Shown in pieces: positions 58,301 to 64,000 of a stretch of DNA of 64,000 nucleotides (positions are counted from its first letter, which is position 1; every line of letters begins with the position of its first letter). This stretch comes from Microbotryum violaceum (taxonomy: Eukaryota), in assembly GCA_001244265.2 (NCBI GenBank), contig CDLV01000019.1:620001-684000 (forward strand), in the 5' to 3' direction. Made by a program: the position numbers and the translations under genes. A model generated the notes under the pieces. That model did not search any database and was not told the DNA's origin. It saw only the letters and a list, made by a program, of their open reading frames with translations.

Positions 58301-59293
58301 GCTCCCCTGATCTTACACAGTAGTTGAGACCTGACGCTTGAGGATACAATCACCTCGTCGTCGCAGATTTTCAGTCAAGGCGAGCGAGATAGGCGGCGAA
58401 AGCGACAGCCTCTTGTTTTGAGCCGATATTTTGGTATGCATGACGACGTGTGTGTGGTGGAATTAACGGTGGAAATTTTAATTCCTGAGAGTACTTTTCC
58501 GTCCCACGGCTTTTCCGTGAGGCTGGTGAATTAATCCGATGGAAAATCACGAAGGCATGCTTTGCGCAGCGATATTCGACTTTTTTTCACGCGTGTCGGC
58601 CCCGAAAAACGCCTCAGGATTTCATTCTTGGATGGAAGTTCGACACTCTCGACTTTGGGGTTAGTACCCGTGCCCGTGCCGGGGGGGAGGGGGGGCTGGG
58701 AGGAAAAAGATGAAAAAGAAAAAGAAAAAGAAAAAGAAGGAAAGAAGGAAAGGAAGAAAAAAGAGAGAAGAAGGAAAGAAAGAAAAAATGAAAGGAAAGA
58801 AACAAGAACGGAAAGAAGGAAAGACGAACACACGATGTAGGTCATAGTACTTTCTTGTTGCATAACTTGCAAACCTAAGTCGGTATCTGGCGGTGTAGCC
58901 AGTACACCTATACCAGGTACACGTAGATATGGAATGCCTAAGCTTCAGAAACAGGCCGGCGGTCTTGCTCGCAGCGGCCTCACTTCAAAGCCTTTTCACG
59001 GCTCGGACGGCAGTGTTGAGAGCAATGAAGAAAGCAGGCTTTGAGAATGTGGATTGCAAGAAGTACTATTTGCATCGCAAGAAATGCTTTCCACAGAATT
59101 TATGCGAACATTCTCACCGTGATTGGAGCCAATGGCTAGAATAAGGCACCGTTCAGTCCGCGCCGCGCCTGCCGGGGAGAGGATACTAGGAATTGCCGTC
59201 TTCCTCGGCGAGTGCCGCAAAATTGTAGTCGTCAAAATACTTTTCCATCCCATGTTGCGTGTATGCAGTGGTTCGAGGCGAGTGCTCGGTGAC

Positions 59294-59744
59294 GTGGATG
59301 TTCGTTCAAGCCCGGGTTGGGGCGAGCTGGACTGGGTGGTGCGGTCGTTGAGAGGGCCGACGAAACCCAACAACATAAATTCTCACCGCGGATCAGGCGA
59401 CATCGTGCCTCCGGCTCTGGGGCCACTAGTACCTAACTCAAGACTGAGTGAACTCGCCTCTTGGGGGGGTGGTTCATTCCATATAGACTTTTCATTTCCT
59501 CCTTTGTTCTCTCTCTCCTTCCAGCCTCAACCTCCGCCCAGAAGCACGATTCTCGCCGAACCGGTCGGAGCTGAGGTCCATTCAGCTCGGAGTGCTCTCG
59601 AGTCCAACTACGACGCTGACGAGATGAACGAGATGACGAGCGTTGCGCATTGCAGAAGGACCTGAGGGAAAGTGCATACAAAATATGAAACAAGCATAGA
59701 AAAGAGAGAAAAACAGAAACCTCAGAAGGAGGAGGAGAGAAAAG
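59294..59744 (-). repeat. ~450-bp inverted repeat, left arm
   Basis: Reverse complement of 63460-63911 with scattered substitutions. Confidence 0.93.
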
Positions 59745-60814
59745 GAAAGGCATACGACCGATGAAGAAAGTACGGCACTGCGCACGGAAATTCATCATCA
59801 CACCCTCAGGACCTCGCCCAAGCGGACTGCGCCTTCCTGAAGAGTGCGATACTCGGGATGGTAGCTCATGAAAAGCGAGATAAAGATGCCAGAGATGCCA
59901 AAGAGAGGTTGTATCTTGGGTGCAGTCGGGCTCGGAGGGATGGCGGACACCGAACACACGTCGCTGATTGCAAGATGGGGTTTTTCCTCGAATTCAACTA
60001 GCGCAAGAGCCAGCGCCCCAGAACCCAAGTCAGGCCTCGCGTTCCCACTGCAACGATCCCACCACTACCACCACCCAACTTCGGACACGGCTCAGGTAGT
60101 TGTCACAATGCTTGGGAAGATCGTGTCGATTGATCCCTCAACAGGGATGTCTCCCGTGCAGTAAGTAACGCGAACAGCAAAACATTTAGGGAAGCAACCC
60201 GTTGATATACCTTCATGATGTCAACCAAACCCCCATCCTGCCTTAGAGACGCGGTCATCGAACGGGTGGGCCGACCCGAACTGTTTTCGAGACAAATCGG
60301 CCTCGAGCTCGCGACACCCGAAGGGGTCGTCGTGGAAGCTCTGCAACGAATACGGGCAAGTTTTCTCAAGAAATGGCTACCGCATGCAGCATAGCTACGG
60401 ATTCGAATCAGTAACTTCATGAACTGTGCTCTTGGTGTTGGATTGTTGAGGAGCTAATAGAAACCTACCAGGTGGCAGCACTTCCCTTCAACACGCCTTC
60501 TTTGAATGTCAACCCTCGAGCTCGAGGTGTTTACCATCAGCTGCCGCAGTGGTGACACTGCATGCGTGAGTTATCACTTGACATGGCTGTGCAGTATTAG
60601 GTATGACGGAACCTGATGTAAAAAACAGACTTTGGGGGTCAGTGACAGGAGGCGACCCTAGCAGTGTTGGAGAGAAAAAATCGGGGCGGTATAATACAGG
60701 GCGGTACTGGGCGGTACCGGTGCTGGGGGGTCGGGGTGCTCGCCGCGCCCGCCTAGGCCTCTTCACCTCCCGCCGTCCACTTGGGGCATCACTATCACCA
60801 GCGTCTCGCTCTGT

Positions 60815-63451
60815 ATGGCTTCTTCTAATGAAGCGACGCCAATTGTTTCCGCCGACTCTCGGCCACCAACGCTCACCCGACTCCTCGCTACTTGTGCTCC
60901 ATCCAGCTGGTTTCTCCCGCCACCGCACCACGATAGAGCGTGTCACTCAACTGCCTCGCGCGTTCCAGCCGATGCTGGGACGACCGCCTACGATTGCGTC
61001 GCGCGGCTGGGAGGATTGAAATGGGACTCACCCGCGTCACCTGGCGTCAGGGTTCTCAGCTCTTTCTTCGATATACTCGAGCAACACCCCTCATTGCTGG
61101 ACCTGTTCCGCGAGAAGGTGGACGCCATCAGCAATGCTCCTTACAGCGAGATGCCTCGGATGAGCGAGCACGAAGTCGAAATGTCGTTCCTTCGCCTGTT
61201 ATTTGGCGGTCTAGATTCTGCAACGGCGGCGCTGCTTAACCATTATGCCGCGATCACCGAGGCCGTCGGAACTTCTTCCGCTTCCGCATCGACCCGCTAT
61301 TCGGTTCAAATGCGCGAACCTCAACGTGCTCTCCGCACGCAGGGCGATGCTGTCGTCTACATTCAACGTGGGGCTGGCAACGTCGTTTCAGGTATCTCGA
61401 TCGAATACAAGCGGGACAACGTACACCATAGCTTGGCCAAGGTACGCCAGGAGGGCGCCCTCTCGCATATTCCCATATTCGACCACGGGGCCCCAGTGCC
61501 ACTTCAGAAACTAGAGGAAGAAAAGTCGAAGAGTGCAGATGCTGTGGCGACCAAGGTGAGGCATGCATCTTGCAGGCTTGGACATACGCTTTCTCGATCC
61601 GGCCTCGAAAATATCTGCGTTTACTCATTTCATATTTTTCATGCTCGTGAAGGCCATCATCCAATGCGTCTCTAGCGAGAGTCGATTCTTTTTGCTGCTG
61701 TCGGTTCCGTTCTTCCAAATTGGTGAACTGGGTACGTCGTAGATTTGAACTCACCGAAACCTGTCGAAACTTTCCGGGCCCCACTGACGCATGCGATCAT
61801 GCGGTCTTGCTTTGGCCATTCGCCCGCCCACAGTCCAGCACCAGTCGACGCATGCTGCAACGGCAAGCGATCCCGTAGCGTCGACCTCAGCGGCGTCTGC
61901 CTCAATCTCGGCTGCGACCGCGTACTCACCGGCACCGCCCCTCAAGGCCAGGTACAGCCTGGTTCTACAAGAACTGGCCCGATGGGTAGAGCCCTCTCCG
62001 ACGACCATGAACCCAGACGCGGCCGAAACACTTGGCGCTGATCTTCCACGACGGTCACTCATCGTGTCGTTTATCGCCCTGGCCTTCACAGCCGTTATCG
62101 AGGTCCCCAAGCCGGACCAAGCCGTCGTCGATGCACTGCTCGATGCCCGTTCCCAACCTCCGAATCGGCCACGAACTCGCTCCAAGCCGGACTCGGACTC
62201 GGACTCGGACCGTGACGATGATCCCTCCCCGCGGGTCCGAAAAGGCCAGAAGACTTCGGCCGAAGCCACCTGTGCTCAAGCCGAGGAATCAAATCGACCC
62301 ATCACCCCGCCCGTCTCCGTGGAGTTGCAATCCGATCTCTCATTCGACCCGTTGACGCCCGTGACTCGCATCTTCTCGTCTCCTCCTGCATCAACGGATT
62401 GGACTCCTACGATCTCGCCGCTTTCTGGTTCGTGCCACTCATCGGAACCGATCACCATCGTTGAAGATCGCGGGTTCGTGATCCAGGCCAGCTTGTCGAA
62501 CGCGCATTGGTCTATGATGGTGCGTCATGTGCTCTGCCCTGCTGCTCCCGTCCTAGCCCATGTAGCCCAGCTCACCAACCGGATCGTTTACTTGATGCTC
62601 TTGCGCAGTCGTACACGGGCACGAGCCGCATAGAACTGGTCGAGATCGGCTTTGATATCGTCTCTTCGGTTCCTTCCGACTCGCCCCTTGCGTCGCGTCT
62701 GTCGTCGAAACCTTCCCCAGCGAGCGATTTTATCCGAAGCCTCCATTTGTCCGATGTTGTTTTGCGGTGGCTGTCCGAAAACCCCCGGGAAGAACTCGAG
62801 GACGATCGAATTCCCCTCGAACTCTTGGATCGGTTCGAGCCCACTGCGGATTTTCGTCTGGAGAAGGAGGTCGGGACAGGAAGTACTGCCGGAGGCTGGC
62901 TTGCGAAGGTGGTACGAGTCAACCGACCTTTGTCCTCGTCCGCTAAAGCCGAGGTACCGCTTGTTGATCACCCTGCTCCGAACGCGAGGTACTTTCTCAA
63001 GCTCATGCCGTGTGTTTACGCCGGCTCGGTCATCCGCGAGACGCTGTTTTACCAGCACGTCTTCCCTCACCTCCCCGACCATCTTCGAAAACATCTGCCG
63101 CAATATCACGGCACGTACCGAAGGACCAATGGCAATGGATACGCCATGGCCCTTGAGAATGTGGGGACAACAATGAACCAGCTCGACTTCTACGGATCGC
63201 GCCAATTGTGGTAAGTTCCTGCAGGGCGGCGCACTGAATCCAGCCATGTGCGAGCCGGTCGAGAGGTTGGGCGGATTCCTGACCTCGTGGGTCTTCTTTG
63301 CGTTTTCTACTCGGGGTGCAGGGAGATCGAGGCGGCTTTCAGGGAACTTGGCATCATCCACAATGACGTCAGCGCCCGCAACGTACTGGTTCGACCCAAC
63401 AATGGTCCTTTTTGCTTCGTTGATTGGGGACGATCGTATCTCAAACTCTGA
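60815..63451 (+). CDS. Multi-exon protein with C-terminal atypical kinase domain and N-terminal PD-(D/E)xK-like motif
   Basis: VGTGSTA, YFLKL, HNDVSARNVL, VDWG; N-terminal GDAVVY...ISIEYKR. Confidence 0.72.
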
Positions 63452-63459
63452 GTGTGAAT

Positions 63460-63911
63460 CTTTTCTCTCCTCCTCCTTCTGAGGTTTCTGTTTTTTTCTC
63501 TCTTCTATGCTTGTTTCATATTTTGTACGCACTTTCCCTCAGGTCCATCTGCAATGCGCAACGCTCGTCATCTCATCCATCTCGTCAGCGTCGTAGTTGG
63601 ACTCGAGAGCACCCCGAGCTGAATGGACCTCAGCTCCGACCGGTTCGGCGAGAATCGTGCTTCTGGGCGGAGGTTGAGGCTGGAAGGAGAGAGAGAACAA
63701 AGGAGGAAATGAAAAGTCTATATGGAATGAACCACCCCCCCAAGAGGCGAGTTCACTCAGTCTTTGAGTTAGGTACTAGTGGCCCCAGAGCCGGAGGCAC
63801 GATGTCGCCTGATCCGCGGTGAGAATTTATGTTGTTGGGTTTCGTCGGCCCTCTCAACGACCGCACCACCCAGTCCAGTTCGCCCTAACCCGGGCTTGAA
63901 CAAACATCCAC
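63460..63911 (+). repeat. ~450-bp inverted repeat, right arm
   Basis: Starts 9 bp after the kinase stop; matches 59294-59744 inverted. Confidence 0.93.
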
Positions 63912-64000
63912 TCGTTATAGCCGCCAGAGAGCTGCGCTCAATCATGTGTCAAACTGGCGATCGTAACTGGGAGATGAGGAGTGCGTCGACCTTGCACACT

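Overview
Eukaryotic, intron-rich, GC-rich DNA that reads like a basidiomycete fungus (Microbotryomycetes-like; taxon is inference from gene style only). The first ~26.7 kb is a transposon field. Bases 1-16140 are an uninterrupted head-to-tail stack of minus-strand L1/Tx1-type non-LTR retrotransposons (at least three diverged families, one apparently full length) joined through GA(T)n junctions. The stack ends in seven short GAT(T)nGTAT units, one holding just 22 nt of an element 3' end, and stops 71 bp upstream of an intron-containing tRNA-Leu(CAA) gene with all element 5' ends facing the tRNA. This looks like repeated site-specific, possibly tRNA-directed, LINE integration and is the main candidate novelty. 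Further right are tRNA-Leu fragments, a decayed Dada-like transposase, a 14-bp tandem repeat interrupted by another LINE end, an LTR, and a second decayed LINE cluster. 26.8-57.8 kb is an ordinary housekeeping block (SCC2, ARO8-like, SUZ and R3H proteins, ARO7, CYSTM, Rad60/Esc2-like, BFR1, MAS1, MDM34, CLYBL-like). The right end has a nuclease-like plus kinase gene between ~450-bp inverted repeats. All calls were made by eye; no searches were run and exon limits are approximate.
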